A DNA stretch of 64,000 bases from positions 25,426 through 89,425 of the forward strand of contig DATMYE010000022.1 in assembly GCA_035561095.1 (NCBI GenBank), written 5' to 3'. The position numbers and the translations under genes were made by a program. Of this stretch, positions 9,303-19,600 are shown in pieces. Origin of the DNA: Clostridia bacterium (lineage in GTDB: Bacteria; Bacillota; Clostridia; Christensenellales; CAG-138). Position 1 is the first letter of the stretch; each line of letters opens with the position of its first letter. The notes beneath the pieces were generated by a model. The model did no database searches, was not told the DNA's origin, and saw only the letters and a list, made by a program, of their open reading frames with translations.

Positions 9303-9991
9303 CGGACATCGCGCAAAACATAGCGGATGTGCGGGCGGAGATCGCAAGCGCCTGCGCGCGCGCCGGAAGAACGCAGGATGGCGTGCGGCTCGTCGCCGTG
9401 TCCAAGTATCAAAGCACGGAGCGGATGGCGGAGGCGGTTGCGGCAGGGATTCAAACCTTTGGTGAGAATCACGCCCAAGAATTGAACGAAAAGAAAACTT
9501 TTTTTGAACAGCAAGGTTGCCGGGTGCATTTTATTGGACAACTGCAGACGAATAAGATAAAATATGTCTGCGGTTTTGCCGACCTCATCGAATCGGTAGA
9601 CCGGCCAAGCCTCGTGGAGCAGCTGGAGCAAAAAGCAGCCTCCATGGGCACAGTGCAGGACGTTTTGATCCAGGTCAACATCGGCGCGGAAGACCAAAAA
9701 GGCGGCGTGCGCGATGAGGACTTGGATTCTTTCGCGGATTCCCTAGGTGTGTGTCCGCATCTTCGTCTGCGGGGATTGATGTGCGTCCCGCCCGCGGTAG
9801 AAGCGGAGCAGGCACGGGCATATTTTCGCAGGATGCGCACACGGTTTGAGCAGCTTCAGGAGCGGTTTGACCTAAATATCTTCGACACGCTTTCGATGGG
9901 CATGAGTCACGATTTCGCGGTTGCGATTGAAGAGGGTGCGACGCAGGTACGCGTTGGCTCCCGCATCTTCGGCGCACGGGACAGAATGTAA
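9299..9991 (+). CDS. yggS: YggS/YlmE family pyridoxal-phosphate homeostasis protein
   Basis: VRLVAVSKYQS...IQTFGENHAQEL...HFIGQLQTNKIKYV motifs. ATGA overlap with the upstream gene. Confidence 0.9.
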   Translation: MTDIAQNIADVRAEIASACARAGRTQDGVRLVAVSKYQSTERMAEAVAAGIQTFGENHAQELNEKKTFFEQQGCRVHFIGQLQTNKIKYVCGFADLIESVDRPSLVEQLEQKAASMGTVQDVLIQVNIGAEDQKGGVRDEDLDSFADSLGVCPHLRLRGLMCVPPAVEAEQARAYFRRMRTRFEQLQERFDLNIFDTLSMGMSHDFAVAIEEGATQVRVGSRIFGARDRM

Positions 9992-10089
9992 TCACGATCG
10001 CGCGCAGGTACCAGCAGAGCGCGCGGGAAAAAATTGAGAGAATGCCGCGGGCAAACGAGTCCCGGCTGACGGTTTTCGGAGGAAGACGG

Positions 10090-10566
10090 ATGGCAAGCCT
10101 TTATACGAAATTCCTGGATTTCATCGGAATCGAGGAGAGCGACGAGCAGGAAGAAGACCGCAGAGACGACGGATACTACCGCGACGAAGCGCCGGAGCGC
10201 AGCGCAGGCGGTGCATTCGGCGGCGGTCGTGCGGCAGCCGCACCCAACCGCAGGAACGAGCGCGCGCAGAACACGTCCGGCGCGAACCTGCCCATCTCCG
10301 GCGGCATGAAGATGATCGTGTATCACCCCGTGAGCTACGAGGATACGCAGAGCATCATCGACAACCTGAAGAACAGGAAACCCGTCATCGTCAACATGGA
10401 AGAGCTGGAGCTGGACACCGCCCAGCGCATTCTGGACTTCCTCTCGGGCGCGGTCTACGCGCTCAACGGCACCATGTGCAAGATTTCGCGCGGCATCTTC
10501 GTCGTCGCCCCGAACAACTATGACGTTGTCGGCAACGGCGAGGACGACTACGGCGATCTGGTTTGA
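10090..10566 (+). CDS. sepF: cell division protein SepF
   Basis: MASLYTKFLDFIG... and C-terminal MKMIVYHPVSYEDTQSIIDNLKNRKPVIVNMEELELDTAQRILDFLSGAVYAL. GGAGGA SD upstream. Confidence 0.9.
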   Translation: MASLYTKFLDFIGIEESDEQEEDRRDDGYYRDEAPERSAGGAFGGGRAAAAPNRRNERAQNTSGANLPISGGMKMIVYHPVSYEDTQSIIDNLKNRKPVIVNMEELELDTAQRILDFLSGAVYALNGTMCKISRGIFVVAPNNYDVVGNGEDDYGDLV

Positions 10567-10595
10567 TGGACGCCGCATAACGAAACAGGTTTTAC

Positions 10596-10629
10596 TGGCA
10601 CATCAGACAGTTGGTGTGCCAATTTTTTA
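10596..10629 (+). terminator. rho-independent terminator after sepF
   Basis: TGGCACA...TGTGCCA 7-bp stem with a 12-nt loop, followed by ATTTTTT. Confidence 0.6.
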
Positions 10630-10676
10630 CCAGCAGGCTTGCAGGATTCAATTATACCGTTTAGGAGGCAAGACCG

Positions 10677-11300
10677 ATGCGGATAGACGAAATCGTAAAC
10701 AAAGTTTTCACGCGCTCGTTTATGGGCTATGACATCGAGCAGGTTGACGGCTATCTGGACGAGGTCATCGAAACGCTGGAACGGTATGAGTCGGAAAAGC
10801 GGGAGATGCTATTCGCGATGGAATACCTGATGAAGCAGGTCGAGTACGGCAGAAAGATTCCGCTCGCGGATATGAAAAAGGCCATCGACTCCGGCAGAAG
10901 CCAGCAAAAGCCGTCGCCGGGCGACGCGCTCCGCGAGGACGAACAGAAGACCGCACGATCCATTGCCCGCGGCAACGGAGCCGGCAAATCCATGCGCGCG
11001 CCGAAGATCAGCCGCGTCAAGCGCGAGGAAGAAGCCAAGGCGCAGATCATCGAGGAAGCAAAGACCGCGATTCCCGTGCAGGAGCTGACCCCGGAGGAAG
11101 CGGACAAGCGCGCAAAACGCATGTCCTCCGCCGCGGTCAACTGGCTGGATGAGCTTTTGATCAACATCGCCGAGCATGAAACGCTCGACTACGATAAACC
11201 CCTGCAGGCGACGCCTGTACAGCAGCCGCAGGCGGAAAGCGCCGTGCAGGCGCAACCCGAACCGGATACAACAGCGGCAGAGCCGCCAGAAAGCAAATAG
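10677..11300 (+). CDS. divIVA: DivIVA domain-containing protein
   Basis: MRIDEIVNKVFTRSFMGYDIEQVDGYLDEVIETLERYESEKREM is the DivIVA N-terminal domain. The rest is a charged low-complexity tail. TAGGAGG SD upstream. Confidence 0.8.
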   Translation: MRIDEIVNKVFTRSFMGYDIEQVDGYLDEVIETLERYESEKREMLFAMEYLMKQVEYGRKIPLADMKKAIDSGRSQQKPSPGDALREDEQKTARSIARGNGAGKSMRAPKISRVKREEEAKAQIIEEAKTAIPVQELTPEEADKRAKRMSSAAVNWLDELLINIAEHETLDYDKPLQATPVQQPQAESAVQAQPEPDTTAAEPPESK

Positions 11301-11306
11301 AAAAAC

Positions 11307-13229
11307 ATGGCAAAGCAAAAGAATGCCTTCCCGCCCGTCAGCCGCGAGGACATGCGCGCGCGAGGCATCGACCAACTGGATTTTGTGTTCGTCTCCGGGG
11401 ATGCGTATATCGACCATCCCAGCTTCGGCGCAGCCATCATCACGCGCCTACTCGAGAGCAAGGGGTACACCGTGGGCATCATCGCGCAACCGGACTGGCA
11501 TGGCGTGGAGCCGTTCCGCGTGCTCGGTAAACCCAAACTCGGGTTTCTGATCTCCTCCGGCAACATCGACAGCATGGTCAACCACTATTCTGTCTCGGGT
11601 TCGCATAGAGCGACCGATGCATATACCGAGGAAGGCGCTGCCGGGAGACGGCCTGACCGCGCGACGATCGTCTACGCCAACCGCTGCAAGCAGGCGTATT
11701 CGAACGTGCCGATCATCATCGGCGGCATCGAAGCGAGCCTTCGCCGATTTGCCCACTACGACTATTGGGACAACCATGTGCGTCACAGCATCCTCTATGA
11801 CGCATGCGCTGATATCCTCATCTACGGCATGGGCGAGCGCGCGATCGTTCAGGTTGCGGACACGCTTAAATCCGGCAAAACGGTCTCCGAGATGACGGAT
11901 ATTCCCGGCACGTGCGTGCGCGTCAGCAGCGCGGAGAGCGCACCCGGCGCCGTGCTGTTGCCGTCGTACACGGAGGTCATTCAGGACAAGAAGAAATACG
12001 CCGAAGCCTTCAACATGCAGACGAGAGAACAGGATGCCGTCCGCGGCAAGCGCCTGCTCCAGCCGCACGAGAAGGGCTTCGTACTCTGCAACCGCCCCGC
12101 GATGCCGCTCTCGACCAAGGAACTGGATGAGGTCTACGCGCTCCCGTTTTCGCGCAAGCCGCACCCGATGTACCGCGGGCACATCCCCGCGCTGGAGGAA
12201 GTGTCGTTTTCCGTCACCTCCGCGCGCGGCTGCTTCGGCAACTGCAACTTCTGCGCGCTGACGTTCCATCAGGGGCGTGTTGTCACTGGCAGGAGCCACG
12301 CTTCGATTCTCGTCGAGGCGGAGAAGATGACATGGGACCCGGACTTCAAGGGATATATCCACGACGTCGGCGGACCCACCGCAAACTTCCGCCATCCGGC
12401 CTGCGAAAAGCAGCTCAGAAGCGGTGTCTGCGCGGATCGCCAGTGCATCGGCTTTACGCCCTGCAAACAGCTCGACACGTCGGAAGATGACTACGTCGCG
12501 CTGCTGCGCAAGATGCGTGAACTGCCGCGCGTGAAGAAGGTTTTCGTGCGTAGCGGCGTGCGCTATGACTACGCCATGATGGATCGCGACGATACCTTCC
12601 TGCGCGAGCTGATCGAGCATCACGTCTCCGGCCAGCTCAAGGTTGCACCCGAGCACGTCTCCGACCGAGTGCTGAAGTACATGAACAAGCCCCCGCACGC
12701 GGTCTACGAGCGCTTTGTGCAGAAATATGAAGCGATCAACAAGAGCCTCGGCATGAAGCAGTTCCTTGTGCCGTACCTGATCAGCTCGCACCCCGGCAGC
12801 AACATCCACGACGCGATTGAGCTTGCGCAGTATCTCAAGGAAAAGAACTACCGGCCGGAGCAGGTGCAGGATTTTTATCCAACGCCAGGCACCGCGTCCA
12901 CCTGCATGTACTATACGGGGCTTGATCCCGTTTCGATGCAGCCGGTATTTGTCGCAAAAACGCGGGAAGAAAAAGCGATGCAGCGCGCGCTGATGCAGTG
13001 CCACATCCGCAGAAACTGGCCGCTGATCCGCAAAGCCCTGCGCTCCGCCGACCGGGAAGACCTCATCGGCAGCGGCAGAAACTGCCTCGTTCCGCCGGAC
13101 TATCTCTCGCCGGACGAGCAACGCGCAAGCGCCTACCGCAAGCCCCAGCAGCGCAGCGGAAACGCTCCGCGCAGCGGCGGAAAAAAGAGCGGGGGCGGTA
13201 GCGGACGTCCGCCGAAGCGCGGAAGGTAG
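11307..13229 (+). CDS. ygiQ: YgiQ family radical SAM protein (UPF0313)
   Basis: REDMRARGIDQLDFVFVSGDAYIDHPSFGAAIITRLLES..., SARGCFGNCNFC cluster motif and a basic Gly/Lys/Arg-rich tail. Confidence 0.85.
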   Translation: MAKQKNAFPPVSREDMRARGIDQLDFVFVSGDAYIDHPSFGAAIITRLLESKGYTVGIIAQPDWHGVEPFRVLGKPKLGFLISSGNIDSMVNHYSVSGSHRATDAYTEEGAAGRRPDRATIVYANRCKQAYSNVPIIIGGIEASLRRFAHYDYWDNHVRHSILYDACADILIYGMGERAIVQVADTLKSGKTVSEMTDIPGTCVRVSSAESAPGAVLLPSYTEVIQDKKKYAEAFNMQTREQDAVRGKRLLQPHEKGFVLCNRPAMPLSTKELDEVYALPFSRKPHPMYRGHIPALEEVSFSVTSARGCFGNCNFCALTFHQGRVVTGRSHASILVEAEKMTWDPDFKGYIHDVGGPTANFRHPACEKQLRSGVCADRQCIGFTPCKQLDTSEDDYVALLRKMRELPRVKKVFVRSGVRYDYAMMDRDDTFLRELIEHHVSGQLKVAPEHVSDRVLKYMNKPPHAVYERFVQKYEAINKSLGMKQFLVPYLISSHPGSNIHDAIELAQYLKEKNYRPEQVQDFYPTPGTASTCMYYTGLDPVSMQPVFVAKTREEKAMQRALMQCHIRRNWPLIRKALRSADREDLIGSGRNCLVPPDYLSPDEQRASAYRKPQQRSGNAPRSGGKKSGGGSGRPPKRGR

Positions 13230-13290
13230 CCGCGCGGAATAAACACGCCGAAACACGCGCGAAAATCGCGTTTTGCGGCGCGGTAAGTCC

Positions 13291-13319
13291 TTGACAAAAC
13301 ACCTGTGAACCGATACAAT
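13291..13319 (+). promoter_or_regulatory. sigma-A-type promoter for yceD-rpmF
   Basis: TTGACA (13291-13296), 17-nt spacer, TACAAT (13314-13319). Confidence 0.6.
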
Positions 13320-13410
13320 ACTTAAGGTTGCGTGGAAACGCGCGGTAGTTTTGTGCGCGCTGGCAGGTAGATACGCGCCGATTTCCTCGGCGACAAAGGC
13401 GGTGGAGATC

Positions 13411-13872
13411 ATGCGGATTCGGGTTGCAAACGCCATTCGGCAAACGGGAGAGTCGTTTTCGTTTGAAGCGGCAGAGCAGTTTTCCGATCAGGTGTACGGT
13501 GAGCGGACAGTTGTGTTCGCGGAGCCTGTCTCGGTCAGCGGGACGTATGTCTACGACGGCAAGGCGTTTACGGTAAGCGCGAAAGCAACAGCTCTCGTGA
13601 ACACTCAATGCGCCAGATGCACAAAACCCTTTGCCGAGCGCATCGCGTTTTCCTTTTCGGAGCGATTTGTAAAAGGAGAAGACGAGGCGTCCGACGACGA
13701 AACCTATCCGTATTCGGGAGAAGAGCTTCTGCTCGACAAAGCCGTGCTGGACAATCTCTTTTTAGAGCTTCCCATCGCGAGCGTCTGCCGGGAGGGTTGC
13801 AAGGGCTTGTGCCCCGTCTGCGGAGCGGACCGAAACACGACCACATGCGATTGCACCACAGAGGAAGCCTAG
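13411..13872 (+). CDS. yceD: YceD family (DUF177) protein
   Basis: Sits immediately upstream of rpmF as is universal. C-terminal CREGCKGLCPVCGADRNTTTCDC cysteine cluster. ATG 13411 follows GGTGGAG. Confidence 0.85.
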   Translation: MRIRVANAIRQTGESFSFEAAEQFSDQVYGERTVVFAEPVSVSGTYVYDGKAFTVSAKATALVNTQCARCTKPFAERIAFSFSERFVKGEDEASDDETYPYSGEELLLDKAVLDNLFLELPIASVCREGCKGLCPVCGADRNTTTCDCTTEEA

Positions 13873-13918
13873 GGCTTTTGCCCGAAGTGCTATCAGATGA
13901 AGAATAGGAGGGATTATC

Positions 13919-14119
13919 ATGGCAGTACCCAAGAGAAAAACGTCCAAGGCAAGGCGTGATTCGCGTAGAGCATCGAACTTCAAAGTAGCCGAGGTTCAGC
14001 TGGGCGAGTGCCCGCAGTGCCACTCGCTTGTACCGTCCCACACGGTATGCAAGACGTGCGGGTATTACGGCGGCAAGCTGGTCGTCGACATGGAACAGAA
14101 GGAAAAGAAGAACGCCTGA
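13919..14119 (+). CDS. rpmF: 50S ribosomal protein L32
   Basis: MAVPKRKTSKARRDSRRA... with CPQC...CKTC zinc-ribbon (C+ form). AGGAGGG SD upstream. Confidence 0.95.
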   Translation: MAVPKRKTSKARRDSRRASNFKVAEVQLGECPQCHSLVPSHTVCKTCGYYGGKLVVDMEQKEKKNA

Positions 14120-14173
14120 TCATCCATCCTTCGGAATATGTCGAACCCTTCGACAGCAAGTTTTGCAAAAGCA

Positions 14174-14213
14174 AAGAGACTTCCTGTGTCATTTGACGCG
14201 GGAAGTCTTTTTG
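14174..14213 (+). terminator. rho-independent terminator after rpmF
   Basis: AAAGAGACTTCC...GGAAGTCTTT stem followed by a T run. Confidence 0.7.
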
Positions 14214-14261
14214 CATTCCGGAAGGTGCGTTTGTTGGCAGCCTCGTGAAAACTTGTTACCG

Positions 14262-14290
14262 TTGCGCAAGGAATGATTTTTGCGTATAAT
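14262..14290 (+). promoter_or_regulatory. sigma-A-type promoter for plsX
   Basis: TTGCGC (14262-14267), 17-nt spacer, TATAAT (14285-14290). Confidence 0.55.
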
Positions 14291-14418
14291 AAACGAATCC
14301 GGTTCATGCGTTGCGGAAATTATATTCATCATTTGCACTCATCCATCCGCTCCTGCAACGCAATGGGAGATTCGGGACAGCGGCAGAGATGTGCCGCGGA
14401 ATTGGGAGAAGATACAGC

Positions 14419-15438
14419 ATGAGAATTGCCATCGATGCAATGGGCGGAGACCACGCGCCGCAGGCAGTGTTTGAGGGAGTCAAGCTCGTTTTGCCGGAGC
14501 TGAAAAAGGACGTGCAGCTCGTGCTCTACGGCGACGAGACGATCATCAAGGACGGTCTCTCCGCGCTGGGCGTCACGGATGCGCGCGTTTCCGTCGTCCA
14601 CACGACCGAAGTGGTCGGCTGCGACGAACAGCCAACGCTCGCGATCCGCAAGAAGAAGGATTCCTCCATGGTGCGCGCGGTGGAAGCCGTCGCTAACGGA
14701 AACGCCGACTGTGTGCTCTCCGCGGGAAGCACCGGAGCACTCTTGACCGGAGCCACGCTGATCATCAAACGGCTCAAGGGCGTTAAGCGCCCCGCGCTTG
14801 CGACAATCATGCCGACCGTGGATTCGTGCATGCTGCTGTTAGATTGCGGCGCAAACACGGACTGCAAGAGCGACTATCTCGTGCAGTTTGCGCTGATGGG
14901 CTCGGCATACATGAAGAGCGTCATCGGTGTCAACAACCCGCGCGTGGGCCTCCTCAACAATGGCGCGGAAGAGGAAAAGGGCAACGAGCTGACGAAAGAG
15001 ACGCATCAGCTGCTCAAGTCCGCCCCGGTCAACTTCACCGGCAACTGTGAGGGCAGAGACGTGCTCGGCGGAGAATTCGACGTCGTGGTTTGCGACGGCT
15101 TTGACGGCAACATCGTGCTCAAGGGCACGGAAGGTGCGGCCGGGCTCATCATGGACCTGCTCAAGCAGGGGCTGATGTCGAGCCTGCGCACGAAGATCGG
15201 TGCGCTCATCTGCAAGCCCGCGTTCAAGATGCTCAAGAAAAAACTCGACTATACCGAATACGGCGGTGCGCCGTTATTGGGCGTCAATGGCGGCGTGATC
15301 AAGGCGCACGGAAGCTCCAACGGAAAATCCTTCCGCTCGGCAATTCTGCAGGCGGAGAAGCTCGTCTCCTCGGATGTGACGCGCTTGCTCGGCGAAGAGA
15401 TCGCAAAATTCGGCATCGAGGAAAAGGCGGCGGAGTAA
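14419..15438 (+). CDS. plsX: phosphate acyltransferase PlsX
   Basis: MRIAIDAMGGDHAPQAVFEGV... is the canonical PlsX N-terminus. ATG 14419 follows GGGAGA. The track start at 14311 is an extension. Confidence 0.9.
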   Translation: MRIAIDAMGGDHAPQAVFEGVKLVLPELKKDVQLVLYGDETIIKDGLSALGVTDARVSVVHTTEVVGCDEQPTLAIRKKKDSSMVRAVEAVANGNADCVLSAGSTGALLTGATLIIKRLKGVKRPALATIMPTVDSCMLLLDCGANTDCKSDYLVQFALMGSAYMKSVIGVNNPRVGLLNNGAEEEKGNELTKETHQLLKSAPVNFTGNCEGRDVLGGEFDVVVCDGFDGNIVLKGTEGAAGLIMDLLKQGLMSSLRTKIGALICKPAFKMLKKKLDYTEYGGAPLLGVNGGVIKAHGSSNGKSFRSAILQAEKLVSSDVTRLLGEEIAKFGIEEKAAE

Positions 15439-15488
15439 CGACGCTTTTCCGCGCGGCGCGGCAAGACGCTGCGACTGTGCGGCAAGCA

Positions 15489-15517
15489 TTGACAGAATCC
15501 TGTGTTTCCGATAGAAT
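15489..15517 (+). promoter_or_regulatory. sigma-A-type promoter for acpP
   Basis: TTGACA (15489-15494), 17-nt spacer, TAGAAT (15512-15517). Confidence 0.6.
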
Positions 15518-15567
15518 ACTACGCGAATGAGATGCGTGAAAAAACGCATTGAAAAGGAGTTTTGAAC

Positions 15568-15792
15568 ATGTTTTTTGAGAAAGTTAGAGATATTATCGCA
15601 AAGCAGCTGGATATTGACGCCGGTACCATCACCATGGGCAGCCGCCTGATCGACGACCTGAAGGCCGATTCTCTGGATATCGTGGAACTCATCATGGATC
15701 TCGAGCAGGAATTCAACATTGAGATTCCGGACGAAGAACTCCCCAAGGTGCAGACCGTCTCCGACATCGTCGGTTACCTCGAGAAGAAGTAA
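15568..15792 (+). CDS. acpP: acyl carrier protein
   Basis: [17 protein letters not shown]...[19 protein letters not shown] has the DSLD phosphopantetheine site. ATG 15568 lies 8 nt after AAAGGAG. TTG 15562 is the track start. Confidence 0.9.
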   Translation: MFFEKVRDIIAKQLDIDAGTITMGSRLIDDLKADSLDIVELIMDLEQEFNIEIPDEELPKVQTVSDIVGYLEKK

Positions 15793-15813
15793 GCTACAAC
15801 ATTCATCCAGTTT

Positions 15814-15852
15814 ACCCGCATCCGAAGACTGAGAGAGGGTGCGGGTTTTTTT
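15814..15852 (+). terminator. rho-independent terminator after acpP
   Basis: ACCCGCA...TGCGGGT stem followed by TTTTTT. Confidence 0.75.
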
Positions 15853-15956
15853 GTAAGCGAAAGGCAGCAGATCATGCGCCACGCTTGTTTTTTCACGAAA
15901 TCTGACCAATAATAGTATTGAGCCACATTCAAAATCCAGATACCAAAGGATGTTTC

Positions 15957-16670
15957 ATGACGCAGCAGCAAGACACGCTCTCCTCGCTGGAAGCAACCCT
16001 GGAGTATACGTTTGCCGACCGTTCCCTGCTGGAAACGGCGCTGACGCATACCTCGTTTGTCAAAGGAGACGGAAAGCGGCAGACGCACAACGAACGCCTC
16101 GAATTCTTAGGCGACGCGGTGCTGGAGCTCTGCGTTAGCGAGCATCTCTATCTGCAGCAACCGCAGCTGCAGGAGGGCGCGATGACGCGCCACCGCGCGC
16201 GGCTTGTCTGCGAGCGCGCGCTCTACAGCGCGGCGATCTCGCTCGGCATCCCGGAATATCTGCGCCTCGGCAACGGCGAAGAGCTCACCGGCGGACGCAG
16301 CAAACCCTCGATCGTCTCCGACGCGCTGGAAGCGGTGTTGGGCGCGATCTATCTCGACGGCGGGCTTGAAAACGCCAAGCGCGTGATTCAGGCGCGGGTC
16401 ATTCGCCTGCTTGCGGAAGCGCGCGTGGACGAAACCGACAAGGATTATAAGACCCGCCTGCAGGAGCATGTGCAAAAGGGCCATATCGGCACGCTGGAAT
16501 ACGAGTGCATGGATGAAGTCGGCCCAGAGCACCAGAAACGGTTCACCATCTGCGTGCGGCTTTCCGGAGAAGCCATCGGCGAAGGCACGGGACACAACAA
16601 ACAGAGCGCGGGACAGGAAGCGGCGAAGTCCGCCCTCGTTCGCCTCGGCGTATTGGAGGATGAAGCATGA
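15957..16670 (+). CDS. rnc: ribonuclease III
   Basis: ERLEFLGDAVLEL signature and a C-terminal dsRBD (KDYKTRLQE...). ATG 15957 follows AAAGGA. Confidence 0.9.
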   Translation: MTQQQDTLSSLEATLEYTFADRSLLETALTHTSFVKGDGKRQTHNERLEFLGDAVLELCVSEHLYLQQPQLQEGAMTRHRARLVCERALYSAAISLGIPEYLRLGNGEELTGGRSKPSIVSDALEAVLGAIYLDGGLENAKRVIQARVIRLLAEARVDETDKDYKTRLQEHVQKGHIGTLEYECMDEVGPEHQKRFTICVRLSGEAIGEGTGHNKQSAGQEAAKSALVRLGVLEDEA

Positions 16671-19600
16671 GACTGACCAAGCTGGAGCTCAACGGCTTTA
16701 AATCCTTCGCGCGCAAGACCGAAATCCGGTTCGGCACAGGCGTTACCGCCATCATCGGCCCCAACGGCAGCGGAAAGAGCAACATCTCCGACGCGGTGCG
16801 CTGGGTGCTCGGCGAGCAGAGCGCAAAAGCCCTCCGCGGCGGCAAGATGGAAGACGTCATCTTCAACGGCACGCAGCTGAGAAAAGCGCTTGCCTACAGC
16901 GAAGTGACCCTGACGTTTGACAACACGGACGGACTACTCAAGGTGCCGTTTACCGAGGTCGCGATCACGCGCCGCGTCTACCGCAGCGGGGAGAGCGAAT
17001 ACTGCATCAACCGCAACAACTGCCGCCTCCGCGATATCTCCGATCTCTTCTGCGACACGGGCATCGGCAAGGACGGCTACAGCATCATCAGCCAAGGCAA
17101 GGTGGAGGAGATTCTCTCCAACAAGAGCGGGGATCGCCGTGCGGCCTTTGAAGAAGCTGCGGGCGTGATGCGCTACCGTGTCCGCAAGGAAGAAGCGGAG
17201 CGTAAGCTCGGCAATACCGAAAAAAATCTCGAACGCATCGAGGATATCCTAAAGGAACTCGGGGACAGACTCGCTCCGCTGGAACAGCAGAGCGCGTCCG
17301 CGCGCGCTTATCTGCGCCTGCGCGACGAACTCAAGGACCTCGAAGTAAACCTATTCCTCTATCAATACGACCGCGTCAACGAAAAACTGATTCAGATTCA
17401 GGAAACCATGCGACAGATGAACGAGGAGCGGGAGCTCGCCGAGAGCGGCGAAACCTCGCTTTTGTCCACGGTTGCCGGGTTGGAAGAGCAGCTCAAGACG
17501 CTCGACGGCGCGCTCGCCGCACAGCAGAACAAGCTCATGGGCCTGGTTTCGGAGGCGGAGACCCGCGTCGGCACCAGCCATGTGCTTGCAGAGCGGCGCG
17601 AAAACGCGAACGCAACCAGGAAACGCATCGAGCAAGAGCGTGAGCAGAGCAAAGCGCGTCTTGACGAGCTCGGCGGCGTGATCGCGGGCCTGCAGGCGGA
17701 CGAGTCCGGACAGGCGGCACTCGCGCTGCTCGAAAAAGAGATGGAGGCAGCCGAATCACGGCTTGCCGTCATCGACGCGGACATCACCGCGCGCGAAGAA
17801 GCCCTCGACGAGTTGAAAAACAGCATCATCGAGGCGATGAACCGCGCATCCGACTTCAAGTCCAGCGCGGCGCGATTTGACGCGATGAAGAGCTCCATCG
17901 GGGAACGCCTCTCCGCCATCGACGCGGAAGCACAGCGACGCGCGGACGAAACCGCGCGCCTGCGTGAGGAGCTCGTGCTCGCCAAAGAGCAGCACGAAGA
18001 GGAAGCGGGTCGCCTCGAACAGGCCAAGCGCGACCTCGATGGTTCGGTTGAAAACCGCAGAAAGACGCTGGACGCGTTTACCTCTCTGCGCGAGGAGATC
18101 TCGCGCGATGAACAGGGGATTTCGTCGATCCAGTCGCGCCTAAGGGTGCTGGACGAAATGCAGCGCTCCCGCGAGGGCTATTACGCGAGCGTCAAGAACA
18201 TCCTCAAAGATGCGCCAAACGACGCAAAGCTCGGCCGCGCCATCGTCGGCGTGGTGGCGGAGCTGCTGCGCGTGCCCAAGGAATACGAAATCGCGATCAC
18301 CATGGCGCTGGGCGGCACGCTGCAAAACATCGTGACCCCGTCTGCCGAGGACGCGAAATACGTCATCGAATACCTCCGCGCCAAGGATTATGGTAGAGCG
18401 ACGCTGCTGCCGATGGCGCTACTTAACCCCACGCGCATCACGCGCGAGGAGCGGGCGCTTCTCGACGTGCCCGGCTGCATCGGCGTGGCGAACGAACTCG
18501 TCAACTGCGACGACAACGTGCGAAACGTGATGGATTATCTGCTGTGCCGCACGATCATCGTCAAAAACCTCGACGCGGGCATCGCGCTGAAAAACCGCAC
18601 GCGCGGCGCGTTCCATATCGCAACGCTCGAAGGCGACATCATCAGCACCGGCGGCTCCATGAGCGGCGGCAGCCTGCAAAAGCAGACGTTCAACCTCCTC
18701 AGCCGCGAACGCGAGCTGGTGGAGCTCCGCGAAAAGCTCAAGAAAGCCGATGCCGCGCTGGAGGAGAAGAAAGCAGCCCTCCGCAAAGGCGAGCAGGACG
18801 TGCTTCGCTGCGACATTCAGGTGGATTCCTTCCGCGACGCGGTGCATGCCTGCGAGATCGCGGCGGCGAAACAGGCAGAGCAGCTGGATATCATCCGGCG
18901 CGATGTGGAGCATAGCGAGCAAACCGAACAGACGCTTGCGGACGAACGCCTGCAACTCACCGACAACCTCGCCGAAGTGGAGCGCGAATGCGCAAGCGCG
19001 GACGAGCAGCAGACCGATATCGAGCAGGGCAACGCCAGCACGCGCGAGGACGTCACCCGCGCGCAGGGCGAGCTATACGAGCTGCGCAAGCAGCGCGAAT
19101 CGATCGCGGGCGAGGTCACCGAGCACAAGGTGCGCCGCATGGCGCTCAGCAAAGAGCGCGACGCGGTCTATGCCGAGCAGAAACGCCTCGTCGCTGAGCA
19201 CCGCGACCTCACGCTGCGCCTGACCGCGCTGGAACGTGAAGCCGCGGAGAACGAGGCGGGTATCGCCTCCATCGAAGCGGAGATTGCGGGGATGAAAGCG
19301 CAGATCGACAGCGACAGCGCGGTGACCGCAGCCGAAAAGGAAGCGCAGAGAAAACTCGAGGAGGAGCGCGCGACGCTCTCCGCCTCGCTCTACGAGCAGC
19401 GCGCGCGGCGCGAGGAACTGCTTGTCAGCTCGCGCGATCTCGCGGAGCGCATGCACAAGCAGGAGATGACCCAGAGCAGGCTCGAGATGGAACTCGGCGC
19501 CATGCAGGATCACATCTGGAACGAATATGACCTTACCTACGAAAACGCGGCGGCGCTCAAGCACGAGATCGCGGTTGGCGCCAGCAACACCCGTGTCAAC

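Noticed and set aside
11448-13436. 662-aa minus-strand ORF antisense to ygiQ
   Set aside because: It lies entirely within a well-supported plus-strand gene and has no SD or recognisable motifs. Its Arg/Ala/Gly-rich composition is typical of stop-free antisense frames in GC-rich DNA.
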